Positions 1-9,275 of a DNA stretch of 64,000 bases are shown here, piece by piece. The notes beneath the pieces were generated by a model. That model was given only the letters and a program-made list of their open reading frames with translations. It searched no databases and had not been told where the DNA came from. The position numbers and the translations under genes were made by a program. The stretch spans positions 1,536,001 through 1,600,000 of the forward strand of contig OY759316.1 in the NCBI GenBank assembly GCA_963662275.1, in the 5' to 3' direction. The DNA comes from Candidatus Cloacimonadales bacterium (GTDB lineage: Bacteria; Cloacimonadota; Cloacimonadia; Cloacimonadales; DAONDQ01). Position 1 is the first letter of the stretch; every line of letters begins with the position of its first letter.

Positions 1-11
1 AGGATGACAAT

Positions 12-224
12 ATGATTAGCAGAGAGGTAAAAATGAAAAAAGAGCATAGCCGTTTGAAAACAGCGTTCCGGTGTATTGTACCAGGCTGCCAACAGAAAGA
101 TGACTGCAGTTGGAATCGGAAACGGCTGTGCGCCCTGCGTTATTACTATCTGCTTGAAATATTGGAACGTAAACAACGCAATGCTGAGATTGAAAAAGTT
201 CTTGGAAAAGAATGGAAAATGTAA
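12..224 (+). CDS. phage hypothetical protein (Cys-rich)
   Basis: ORF with GAGG RBS before the Met at 33; CxxxxC..C..C pattern; prophage context. Confidence 0.5.
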   Translation: MISREVKMKKEHSRLKTAFRCIVPGCQQKDDCSWNRKRLCALRYYYLLEILERKQRNAEIEKVLGKEWKM

Positions 225-293
225 GATGGAAGATGGAAGAATGGCAGAGCAGACAGCAGGATCGGCGTCCTACTCTACGAAAACGGAGGATAA

Positions 294-545
294 ATGACAG
301 ATAGGTGTAAACGTGATGCAGAAATTAAGAAGATGGTGCAGGTCTACCTGGATATGAATTACAACCGGAAAGAAGCGTTTGCCATTGTAGGGAAGAAGTT
401 TTATTTAAGTGAGACCAGGATTAGGGATATAATATACAGGAAGGAAGGACAGAAGGCGAGAAGGGAAGAAGCAGGAGAATCAAACGCCCCCTTAATCCCC
501 CTCTTTATCCAAAGAGGGGGAGACCAGAAGGGAAATAAAAGTTGA
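294..545 (+). CDS. Mor/C-like transcription activator (HTH); C-terminal tail is repeat-derived
   Basis: 'RDAEIKK...VGKKFYLSETRIRDII' resembles the Mor-family HTH; GGAGG RBS; position just before the Mu-like late genes. Confidence 0.65.
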   Translation: MTDRCKRDAEIKKMVQVYLDMNYNRKEAFAIVGKKFYLSETRIRDIIYRKEGQKARREEAGESNAPLIPLFIQRGGDQKGNKS

Positions 546-569
546 CAAGGAAAGCGCACTGATTATTAT
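542..569 (+). promoter_or_regulatory. sigma70-type promoter
   Basis: TTGACA (542-547), 16-nt spacer, TATTAT (564-569). Confidence 0.6.
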
Positions 570-575
570 GTTTAT

Positions 576-682
576 GTGAAGCATTCGTGGCAAGTATCTG
601 CGATGACGGATGTGAACGATGCGAGGGAGATATTTCCCTTTGCTCACTTTTAGAAACACCGTGAGTAATCACGGTGTTTTTT
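576..682 (+). ncRNA. putative small structured RNA between the promoter and the terminator
   Basis: No RBS-led ORF. Pairings GTGA-GCA/TGC-TCAC, GCAT-TCGT/ACGA-TGC, TATCTG/CGGATG and GAGGGA/TCCCTT; ends in an intrinsic terminator. Confidence 0.5.
654..682 (+). terminator. intrinsic terminator, target site of the group IIC intron
   Basis: AAACACCGTGA-GTAA-TCACGGTGTTT followed by the T-run. Confidence 0.9.
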
Positions 683-2794
683 GTTTGCCCAGAATGTTTT
701 CTGCGCCGATGGACTGGAAGAAGTCCTGACACCTAATCAGCGGGAAGTCAACTCGAGGTCAAGGGCGTTGCCGGCAACGGCAGGGTCTGAAGTAAGACGC
801 AGAGGGAATATGGAACATAGCGCAAGTGAACTGATGTTGGTTTGTAGAGTGGGTAACCTTTCAAAAAGTGGGAAAGCCCGAAAGCTGGATATCTCTACAG
901 ATTATGACAGATGGCTTCATATTCAGGCAGGAGAACTTAACTGGGGAAGCCTGTTATTGTCTACTTAAGGTAGTCGTTTCGATCAAGTTGAAAGATAAGT
1001 GAGAAGCCAAGCGATAGCAGGTGGCAGATGATTCCGTAGTAGTGACAAACCTTTTGCCTATGAAAGCTGGTGACAGTCTGGAGGATAAAACAAAAGGGAC
1101 AGCATTCACGGTAATGCTGAGGGCTGTATCTCAAAAGGATACAGTTCATGCGAAGGGATGAAGATAATCCAAAGGGATGATTTGAAATGTGGAAAGTAAT
1201 CGATGAAAAGTGAGAAACGAAGGAAGAAGCTGAAATGCTTCGAGGCTCGGTTTGACAGTGGTGACGAACTTCCTTTCAACCCCGACCGCACGAGACTGAT
1301 TAGTCAGGCAAAGCTCAAAAGCAGCAGTTCTGTCATATTGCTATATGCTAAAGAAGGCAGGACACCCTGATGAAGAGACATTCATCCTCGATGAACACCG
1401 CAAAACGAATCACAATGAGACAGGAAATGTCATGAGAAAATACTACAGCTTAATCGACAAGGTGTACTCCCTGCCCAATTTGTATGCTTCCTTTACTTCG
1501 GTGAAACGGAATAAAGGTGCATCAGGCATTGATGGGCAGAGTATAGAAAACTTTGACGAACAACTGGCAGTGAACATCAACCAACTTCACGACGAACTAA
1601 TGGCAGGTACTTACGAGCCATCACCTGTAAGGCGGTTAGAGATACCCAAACCCAATGGCAAAATGAGACCGCTTGGCATTCCAACGGTAAGAGACAGAGT
1701 AGTGCAGCAGGCAATCCTGAATATCATACAACCGATATTTGAGCCTGACTTCCATCCGTCCAGTTATGGTTACAGACCGCATCGGTCTTGCCAACATGCC
1801 GTAGCGAAAGCTCAGCGTTTTCTTACAGCGTACAATTTGGGTTATGCTGTGAATATGGACTTATCCAAGTGTTTTGACACCTTAGACCACGAACTGATAT
1901 TGAGCCGTCTGAACAGGAAAATCAGTGATGGTACATTGCTGAGATTAATCAGCCGTTTTCTCAAATCAGGAGTAATGGTCGATGGGGATTTCAAAGCTAC
2001 TGAGATAGGCAGTCCGCAAGGTGGAGTAATCTCACCCTTATTGATGAATATCTATCTGGATGAGTTCGACCAGAGGATGAAACAGCGGAACATCAGGATA
2101 GTACGTTATGCTGATGACATCCTGATATTTGCTCCGACCAGGAAAAAGGCAGAGCAATATCAAAGGATCGCGACAGCGATACTTGAAGAACTTCGCTTGC
2201 AAGTCAATCTGGAAAAGACTCATATCAGCAGTGTCGAAACAGGAATCAGCTATCTGGGATTTTTCATCAAAGGAAGCCGTGTCTGCATCGACAAGGAGCG
2301 TTTGAAACGTTTCAAGGATAAGATACGTAAGCTTACTCCCCGCAACAGTGGCATCCCAATATCCATGACGATAGGAAGCCTGAATCCTGTACTAAGGGGA
2401 TGGGGTAACTATTTCAAAGTTGCGAGTTGTAAAAGCATCTTTGCGAGCCTGATGGAATGGATACGAAGGAGGCTTCGAATGAAGAAGATGCGTGAATGGA
2501 AGAGCTGGAAAGCATTCCATAAAGCAATGCGCAGACAAGGCTTCAAGGGAGAATGCCCAAAACTATCTATGACCAGATGGCGTAACGCTCAGAGCTTCCA
2601 CTTATGCTTTGCCTTGCCGAACAAGTGGTTTGAAGAAATGAAGTTGTTTGATTTGACATCACTTCAGACAAGTGTTTTATTTAATTACTACGAGTAATTA
2701 CAAGGATTATCAGGAGCCGTGTACGAGACCCGTACGCACGGTTCTGTGAGAGGGATGATGCTGGAATTAATTAGCCAGCATCACCCTACTCGAT
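683..2794 (+). mobile_element. group II intron, class C (IIC)
   Basis: 5' end GTTTGCCC directly after the terminator T-tract; short domain V GAGCCGTGTACGAGACCCGTACGCACGGTTC (~2714-2744); domain VI hairpin ending CTACTCGAT at 2794; internal RT ORF. Confidence 0.92.
1432..2697 (+). CDS. ltrA: group II intron reverse transcriptase/maturase, no endonuclease domain
   Basis: 'RPLGIPTVRDRVVQQA', 'GSPQGGVISPLL', 'YADD', 'LNPVLRGWGNYF'; start probably MRKYYSLIDK (ORF is open from 1345). Confidence 0.97.
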   Translation: MRKYYSLIDKVYSLPNLYASFTSVKRNKGASGIDGQSIENFDEQLAVNINQLHDELMAGTYEPSPVRRLEIPKPNGKMRPLGIPTVRDRVVQQAILNIIQPIFEPDFHPSSYGYRPHRSCQHAVAKAQRFLTAYNLGYAVNMDLSKCFDTLDHELILSRLNRKISDGTLLRLISRFLKSGVMVDGDFKATEIGSPQGGVISPLLMNIYLDEFDQRMKQRNIRIVRYADDILIFAPTRKKAEQYQRIATAILEELRLQVNLEKTHISSVETGISYLGFFIKGSRVCIDKERLKRFKDKIRKLTPRNSGIPISMTIGSLNPVLRGWGNYFKVASCKSIFASLMEWIRRRLRMKKMREWKSWKAFHKAMRRQGFKGECPKLSMTRWRNAQSFHLCFALPNKWFEEMKLFDLTSLQTSVLFNYYE

Positions 2795-4310
2795 TATAAT
2801 ACTGCAGGGTGCCTTTTCTAAAGTTATTGACGTTATTTGATGTTATGATGTCAAAATATTCATAAGTTTTTCCATTAAACTCGAATAGCAAGACAATGCT
2901 CTTATCTATCTGTTTCAGCATGGCGAGTCTGTCCTTTCCATCCTTCACATAGCTCCAGATTTCATCCGGCTCATTAATAACATCCATCATGTAATTCAGA
3001 TACTTAAAACGATGGCGTAATGTTGTTACATCATAATTGTCAAATTTATCCAGAACTCCACTACGAGGATTAATGGAAATGAAGGCATTAGTGAGAATAG
3101 GATGTTCTCCTTCATTTGCTGTCAGGATATCTTCATACATCTTCTTTAAATCAATCTTAGGCACATCATCCGTGTCTATTTTCTTGGCAGCAGATACATT
3201 ACCACCATACTCAGTAAATTTATTAAGCTCAGCTTCCTTCCAAGTGATTGGTTCAGACCTTTCAAAAGGCATAAGTTTCTTTGTATCGGAGGGGTTGTTT
3301 TTCCAGTCTTCAGCTACAGGTACCTTCTCCGGCGGTTTGCTGTAATTGGGATCGGCAAGGGCTTCATCTTCTGTGAGCTGTTCGACACCACAACGGCAAT
3401 TCCAGCCATTAGGAGGATAATACTCATCCCAGAACGGATCATCCACAGACAGGACAATGCCGTTGAGTTCAGCATGTTCATCACGCGTACGCTCATCCAT
3501 GACAGCCACATAGCGGAGATAAGGAAACATGTCCTTGGTCTCCTGGATGTTCTGCCACTCACCGGCAAGATACGCGCTATTCATGGCAGTATCGAAGTTG
3601 GTACGCAAGTGATAAGGGTTCTCCGGTTCAAACCCTTTGAGCTGGATAGCATCACGCCAATCGGCAAAGGTACCGCCATTCTTCAGCACGGTTTCAAATT
3701 CAGAGCGGAGCATATCCATCATCTCTTGAGAGGCAACATGAGCGACTTCAAAACACTGATTTGAGAAAGCTGAGACTGCTGCAGTGTTCTCCAGGTTCCA
3801 GTCGAAAGAAATTAGGGAGGAGGCGTAGTCGGAATCGGCAGAGCAAGAGACCCCCCTACCCCCCTTCTCAAGGGGGGACGCAGAGCAGGTGGTGCGTACC
3901 GGCTGCTTAGTTGAGAAGCGAACTCTCCCGCCTGAAGGCACGTGAAAAGACTTACCCGCTGAAGTGGGTGCTACTTTACGTCCGTATTGATATCCCTTCA
4001 TGTAGGCGGTAAAAACGACACGTGTGAGCGTTTTCCCATACATTAAGGCGATATCGGTAGGATAAGGTATTTCGTCGGGAGATTCGCACTTTTGGAGCTT
4101 CTTCCGATATGCTTCGATTACCGGCTTCATTTCTTTGACGGCTTTGTTGGTGTTGATGCGGGATTCCAAAGAATTGGGAAAGAAAGAAGAATCAAACTCT
4201 CCCTTAATCCCTCCCTTCATCTGAGGGAGGGAGACCAGAGAAGAGGTGGAAACGCATTGGGTGCGCTGGGAATGTTTACCCGCTGAAGTGGGTGCTACGA
4301 TGGTTTTCAT
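2781..4310 (-). CDS. Mu gpF-like minor head protein with C-terminal PBECR/RelE-like nuclease domain (MuF toxin architecture)
   Basis: 'HLRTNFDTAMNSAY', 'YLRYVAVMDERTRDEH', 'DDPFWDEYYPPNGWNCRC'; C-terminal 'DVINEPDEIW...RKGTLQY' resembles PBECR2 domains. Confidence 0.85.
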   Translation of the reverse strand: MKTIVAPTSAGKHSQRTQCVSTSSLVSLPQMKGGIKGEFDSSFFPNSLESRINTNKAVKEMKPVIEAYRKKLQKCESPDEIPYPTDIALMYGKTLTRVVFTAYMKGYQYGRKVAPTSAGKSFHVPSGGRVRFSTKQPVRTTCSASPLEKGGRGVSCSADSDYASSLISFDWNLENTAAVSAFSNQCFEVAHVASQEMMDMLRSEFETVLKNGGTFADWRDAIQLKGFEPENPYHLRTNFDTAMNSAYLAGEWQNIQETKDMFPYLRYVAVMDERTRDEHAELNGIVLSVDDPFWDEYYPPNGWNCRCGVEQLTEDEALADPNYSKPPEKVPVAEDWKNNPSDTKKLMPFERSEPITWKEAELNKFTEYGGNVSAAKKIDTDDVPKIDLKKMYEDILTANEGEHPILTNAFISINPRSGVLDKFDNYDVTTLRHRFKYLNYMMDVINEPDEIWSYVKDGKDRLAMLKQIDKSIVLLFEFNGKTYEYFDIITSNNVNNFRKGTLQYYNRVG

Positions 4311-5539
4311 TTTGTTTCACCCGGACGGGCACGTTCATAGGTTGTATAGAAGTAATCCTCATCAAGTTTGACATTCAGGTCACGGGTAAGGATGACATCC
4401 GTTTGAGCACGCTTCAAGTTGATATCCGCTTTTTCCAGGGGAGAAGGTTCATCTTCAATCGGAATTGTGACCTCTACCCGGTTAGTATTGAAATTGATAT
4501 TATTGAGCCGGGTATATAGATTAGAACATAGGAGTTCCGCATCACGAGCATCACCGGCAAGAATGTCCTTTCTGACAGCATCATGTACATTACCCAGGGC
4601 AAATGAACCTTTATCGCCTACTCCAGTTGTGAGAGTCTGACCAAGTATTCTGGTTGTGACGGCATCCTTACAGAAGTTACATAGGTTCTTATAGAGATCG
4701 CTGCTGGCTGAGGTAGCACTATGCTGAATGAATTCCATAGCCATGTTTTCACTGATCATAGCAGCCAAATCTCCACCGGCATTGGTCAGCATATTCCAGA
4801 GTTCAGATTTTTCAGATGCAGTGGCACCAGGCTTATATTTACCAACCCTGAGCGGTTTGCCAAAGATCTCTGTGAATGATGCCCAGTTCTCCAGTGCAAA
4901 ACTGAAAAAGACATAGTACTTTAGCAGACTCTTGAGGATACTCTTTTTGCTATAAAGCTGAATGAATTGCAGGGGTGGAAGGTTCTGAAGTACTTCATCC
5001 TTGAAAAGCTGTAGGGATTTGCCGCTTGTGGTAGGTACATTTTTACCCGCTGAAGTGGGTGCTACGACGCGGAGGTCAAGGTTTTCATAATCAGCAAAGC
5101 CATTGATGGTATAGAGATTATCCTCCATAGCATATTCAATTTGCCGGAAACAATAACCACGCATTTTGAAGTCAATCACGAGATCCACAATTTCAGGATA
5201 TAAGCGGTTGGAAAGATCTGTGAAGAACTTAACCTGCTGCTCCGAAAGTTCGCTTGAACTAATTACAGGCCACTTCGATTTGAGTGCTTCAGCGCGGGTT
5301 TCGATGCGCCCTGATACGTTATCATCCTCTTCGATGAGCAACGAATAGAGCTGATCTAAAAGCAAGAGACGACCGTCATACCGAAACATCTGCTTTGCAG
5401 AGATGATCTGACCGGGCGTGATGCTTTGCAAATTGAAGCGATAAGTTGTATCATCGATAGAAACCAGGGTGACGGAGGGAGACTTACCCGCTGAAGTGGG
5501 TGCTACCTTGGCAGGAAAGAGGCGATCTAAGATATTCAT
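4307..5539 (-). CDS. Mu gp29-like portal protein (DUF935)
   Basis: 'WASFTEIFGKPLRVGKY', 'ILGQTLTT..GS.ALG.VH..VR.DI...D'. Confidence 0.92.
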   Translation of the reverse strand: MNILDRLFPAKVAPTSAGKSPSVTLVSIDDTTYRFNLQSITPGQIISAKQMFRYDGRLLLLDQLYSLLIEEDDNVSGRIETRAEALKSKWPVISSSELSEQQVKFFTDLSNRLYPEIVDLVIDFKMRGYCFRQIEYAMEDNLYTINGFADYENLDLRVVAPTSAGKNVPTTSGKSLQLFKDEVLQNLPPLQFIQLYSKKSILKSLLKYYVFFSFALENWASFTEIFGKPLRVGKYKPGATASEKSELWNMLTNAGGDLAAMISENMAMEFIQHSATSASSDLYKNLCNFCKDAVTTRILGQTLTTGVGDKGSFALGNVHDAVRKDILAGDARDAELLCSNLYTRLNNINFNTNRVEVTIPIEDEPSPLEKADINLKRAQTDVILTRDLNVKLDEDYFYTTYERARPGETK

Positions 5540-5663
5540 GGGAACTCCTTTATTAATTAAAAATTAAAAATTAAGATTTAAGAATTGGCAGAGCAGAGCA
5601 TAGCCGGATGAATCCTGCGTTCCGAATAGCAGAAGCAACCTAAAGGATGCCACTACCGTTACG

Positions 5664-7178
5664 TTAGTGCATGGCATGGAAGGAATTTGATTCACGGGGT
5701 TGCCCTTGGTATGATGTGTCCATTGTAGTTGTGGCAAAAAGATCAACGGCTTTCGCAGTGCCATCAGGACCATCTTTCATGGGATGATCAGGATAACCCG
5801 TGAGCTGTTCTTCGAGATAAAGGATATCATGGTCTTTGTCGGAATAAAAGAAAATATAGCCTCTTTGGAAAAACGGTTCTAAAAGATCAATACGTAATGC
5901 TTTATCAATCTTATTTTCGACTCCGAAAACAGGAATGCTATATTTGTATTCTTCGGCAAACTTAGGTAACAAAGACCATAGATATTGCTGAAGAGTAATT
6001 TCCATATACATCCGCGCCTGGGGGTATTTCTTGTGTCGTGCATACATTTCATGAATCATGTCATCTAACGATGCCTGGCGCAACCAAAGTTCCAGAAGAT
6101 AATAGCATCCCTCATAAAACCCCCATGTGGCTACATACTTGCTGTCACCAGTAGCGGTTTGCGAAGGATCCACATAAGTAATAATACGAGAGCATTTAGA
6201 GATATCAAACTCATAGCGGTTATAGTATTTAAACCAGGAAGACTTAAATTTCAAACCATCCTGGACAGGATTCATCTGATAATGACGTTCGAAGGCAGCA
6301 GTTGTAATTGTAGTCTTGATTTCATGTAATCGTTCAAGAGGGAAACCCTCAGGCCAGAGAGATTCTTCACCGCCTGAAGGCAGCGCTACAATCGCTTTAA
6401 ATAACCAAAAACAGATTTTGTCATTTTCAGGTTCGGCTTCACAACGATCATGAAACATAGCAAACGCAGACGTTTTATGTGTGAGATTACCAAGCCAGAG
6501 GATAATGCCACCTTCCGGGCCAAAAGCACCAAAGGCTTCTTCTGTGACATATTGAAGTTTTTCACGACCAATCTTAGGGTTTCTGGCTTTATGATCTTCA
6601 AAGTCATCAAAGAGAATCCTGGTCGGACGCTTTGACCTGAATATTTTACCTCTGATTGGCTGACCATAGCCTATAGCCAGGAAACGACAACCATCTTTGG
6701 TTGTAAACTTCTCATCCGATCCCTGACCTTCCCCAACCTGCTGACCAAAATCATATATAAGATTCTGATTATACATGAATTCATAGCGGATAGCAGCGTT
6801 ACGTTCCGATGCAACCAACTCATTTAGAGAGCATATGATCTGAAACTTATGGTCACCATTGATGGCTCTCCAAATAGAATCAATCACGGCGATATCAACT
6901 GTTTTTCCAAATCCGCGAGGACCGGCAATAGCATTGATAGTATTGTGATAATTCGTTATGTTATGGATATCCCTGTGAAATTTACCGGAAGGGATTGTAG
7001 CATAATGAGGGAAATAAGTTTCTTTGAAGAAAATGAAGTCATAACGATCTTTATTCTTACGTTCCAGCTTCTTTTCAGCAGTGTCATTCGGGAAAGCAAA
7101 GTTCTGACTCTTGATATCATCAATCATCTGCTCTATGCGTTTATCGTATTCTTTACGCGTCATTTTAGACATGATCAA
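5664..7178 (-). CDS. terminase large subunit
   Basis: Walker A 'GPRGFGKT', Walker B 'ILFDDFED', nuclease motifs 'YVDPS' and 'KDGPDG'. Confidence 0.92.
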   Translation of the reverse strand: MIMSKMTRKEYDKRIEQMIDDIKSQNFAFPNDTAEKKLERKNKDRYDFIFFKETYFPHYATIPSGKFHRDIHNITNYHNTINAIAGPRGFGKTVDIAVIDSIWRAINGDHKFQIICSLNELVASERNAAIRYEFMYNQNLIYDFGQQVGEGQGSDEKFTTKDGCRFLAIGYGQPIRGKIFRSKRPTRILFDDFEDHKARNPKIGREKLQYVTEEAFGAFGPEGGIILWLGNLTHKTSAFAMFHDRCEAEPENDKICFWLFKAIVALPSGGEESLWPEGFPLERLHEIKTTITTAAFERHYQMNPVQDGLKFKSSWFKYYNRYEFDISKCSRIITYVDPSQTATGDSKYVATWGFYEGCYYLLELWLRQASLDDMIHEMYARHKKYPQARMYMEITLQQYLWSLLPKFAEEYKYSIPVFGVENKIDKALRIDLLEPFFQRGYIFFYSDKDHDILYLEEQLTGYPDHPMKDGPDGTAKAVDLFATTTMDTSYQGQPRESNSFHAMH

Positions 7179-7612
7179 TCCTTTGTGAAGAGTTCGCGGA
7201 GATGATTTGAGATATCAGGCAGGATGAGCGTCCACTTGTCGATAAGCACCTGGTCCCGTGTTTTCATTATGAAGGAAGTGATTGCCTTTAAGAATGCGTA
7301 CATGCTCGACAGCAACACCTTTTCAGGACGGAGACGGTCAACGATCTTCTGGAGCTTGGAAAGGGCATCAGCATTGTTAATAAGAGTATCATTATCAGTG
7401 AACTCTTTGATCTTGGCAAGCAGCTTCTGTTCAAGGGTTACAGATAATTCAACACTGCCTGTGATACACTTATCATCCCACTTATCCTGTTTTTTCCACT
7501 TGTAGAGATTAGAGAGAGCCTTGCCGGTTAGCTCAGCAATTTCATTGATGGACTTACCCTCGACAACATAAAGCTGCATACATTGGGCACGGAGAGGATT
7601 GTTTTTAGCCAT
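7175..7612 (-). CDS. terminase small subunit-like HTH protein (DUF1804-like)
   Basis: 'LYVVEGKSINEIAELTG..LSNLYKWKKQDKWD'; overlaps the terL start. Confidence 0.75.
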   Translation of the reverse strand: MAKNNPLRAQCMQLYVVEGKSINEIAELTGKALSNLYKWKKQDKWDDKCITGSVELSVTLEQKLLAKIKEFTDNDTLINNADALSKLQKIVDRLRPEKVLLSSMYAFLKAITSFIMKTRDQVLIDKWTLILPDISNHLRELFTKD

Positions 7613-7725
7613 AGTTACTCCTTATTTATAAGTTCGAAGTACGAAGTACGAAGTTCGAAAGGCAGAGCAGAAGCAGACAACGTACGGGGTGCATTGTGCC
7701 ACCTCACGGGGTGAGGCGTTCCGGT

Positions 7726-8223
7726 TCATTTTTGCCTCGTGAGATATGCCCAAACACGTTTGTTGAGGGCATTGACTTCATCAGGGAAAAGAAGCATATA
7801 GGGACGTGCAGGGATTGTTACTGATTTTTTAAGTACATATAAAGCAATTGGTTCACCGCCTTCCACTTTCTGAAAGATAACACCTTTAGCTATGAAGGTG
7901 TTTGTGAAGTCTCGAGGTTTACGCACCCGTGCTTCAGGAGTGAGTGGTATTGCCAGATACTTTCCTTTGGATGGCGTGATGATACCACCCTCATGATGAA
8001 TCTTCGCATACTTCAGATTCGTGCCGACAATGACCTGATTGCCCTGTACCACATAATGGATAGAGTCTTTTAATGTACCAATACCTACAAGTGTAGTGCC
8101 TTTTCTGCCTCGTTTATCTGTTGTTGGCTTCACCTGGTTTGTTGCCATCCGCTTTTTGATTATGTCACGAACGGTAATGCCGACCAAAGTGAGCAGTTCA
8201 GAGGTTACAACAGGAAAACTCAT
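7726..8223 (-). CDS. phage virion morphogenesis protein (Mu gpG-like)
   Basis: 'TL...G.LKDSI', 'VGTNLKYAKIHHEGG', 'IPARPY'. Confidence 0.88.
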   Translation of the reverse strand: MSFPVVTSELLTLVGITVRDIIKKRMATNQVKPTTDKRGRKGTTLVGIGTLKDSIHYVVQGNQVIVGTNLKYAKIHHEGGIITPSKGKYLAIPLTPEARVRKPRDFTNTFIAKGVIFQKVEGGEPIALYVLKKSVTIPARPYMLLFPDEVNALNKRVWAYLTRQK

Positions 8224-8289
8224 AGGAAGTCCGAAGTACGAAGTTCGAAGTACGAAGGCAGAGCAGAGCAGAACCGCCTGAATTCGGCG

Positions 8290-8706
8290 CTACACATCGG
8301 AACCTACTGTACCACCGGAGGGGTTGAAATACCGTGGTGAGGCTTGCCAGGATAGATCAGCAGTGACATCCGATTCTGCAACTGTAACACCAAGTTTGAG
8401 CGATCCCTTTTGAATCTCCGTGAGCAGCTTGAGAGCACCTTCATATTCCTTGCGGATGTGTTCAGGTATATCCGAAGCCTGTTTGCGAGTCCAGAGCGTG
8501 TACCGGCATAAGGTATAGCAGATGCTTTCAATGACGGCATTAGCAGCTTCCAAAGGCAAGGGCACTGCGACACTGATGAAATCATCGATATACTTGGACT
8601 TGTTGGTAATAATGGCAGTTACATCAGCGTCAGCCATACCCATAACCAACTGCGTGTAACGGTCTTCCCCGATGTCTGCCTTGAGTTGAGCAATTGTAAT
8701 ATACAT
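8290..8706 (-). CDS. Mu gp36-like head-tail adaptor (DUF1320)
   Basis: 'MYIT..QL', 'ID', 'C..L.RY.L', 'Y..A.KLL..IQKG...LG'; start reassigned to 8706. Confidence 0.8.
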   Translation of the reverse strand: MYITIAQLKADIGEDRYTQLVMGMADADVTAIITNKSKYIDDFISVAVPLPLEAANAVIESICYTLCRYTLWTRKQASDIPEHIRKEYEGALKLLTEIQKGSLKLGVTVAESDVTADLSWQASPRYFNPSGGTVGSDV

Positions 8707-8707
8707 T

Positions 8708-9106
8708 CTACACCACCAAACTGAAGCTAAGAGAATAAATATTGAAACCAGGCACAATGCCCAAACGATCGAAGTCTTCAAAGAACAGACGACCGACATA
8801 GTTCGAATCCAAATCAAGCAGGGGCGTGTCATGAAGTGTGTCAAAAAGAGCATCGATCAGCTCATACATGCTGTTGTTTTCATTACCCTTCATATGACTA
8901 GTGAGGATGAAAAGATTGATGTAGATGGTTGGTTTTGAGTGAGTTTCCTCCGCTTTGACACCTCTTTTGACTTCAATATAGACAGCAGGCGGATTGATGA
9001 TAAAGTTAACCAGGTCTTCCAACTGACCTTCATAATATTCCACCATCACAAATAACAGCGAATCCATTAAACGTTTTTGGATGCCTTCAGCAATTTGAAT
9101 GAGCAT
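8708..9106 (-). CDS. Mu gp37-like tail completion protein (DUF1834-like)
   Basis: 'V.YYEGQL', 'PPAVYIE'; adjacent to gp36; GGAGA RBS before 9106. Confidence 0.7.
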   Translation of the reverse strand: MLIQIAEGIQKRLMDSLLFVMVEYYEGQLEDLVNFIINPPAVYIEVKRGVKAEETHSKPTIYINLFILTSHMKGNENNSMYELIDALFDTLHDTPLLDLDSNYVGRLFFEDFDRLGIVPGFNIYSLSFSLVV

Positions 9107-9275
9107 TGAATCTCCTTTGTAATGCAACCTAAAGGATGCTACTACCAGTGGCTACGTTAGCAGATAATCAGATAAACGCAGGAATTTTGTAGTAAGTTAC
9201 TACAAAATAATAGGAGAATACGGGTTGTAGGGTGCAGGTTGTAGGTTGTAGATCAGAAAAGTGAAGAGGGATAAA

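Noticed and set aside
505..1291. Short ORFs 505-732, 681-968, 961-1149 and 1106-1291 as MuF immunity genes
   Set aside because: They start or lie inside intron RNA domains, so they could not pre-date the insertion; no RBS.
1345..2697. DGR or retron reverse transcriptase in a prophage
   Set aside because: YADD RT with a maturase domain, flanked by group II intron domains V/VI. I saw no template/variable repeat pair differing at adenines.
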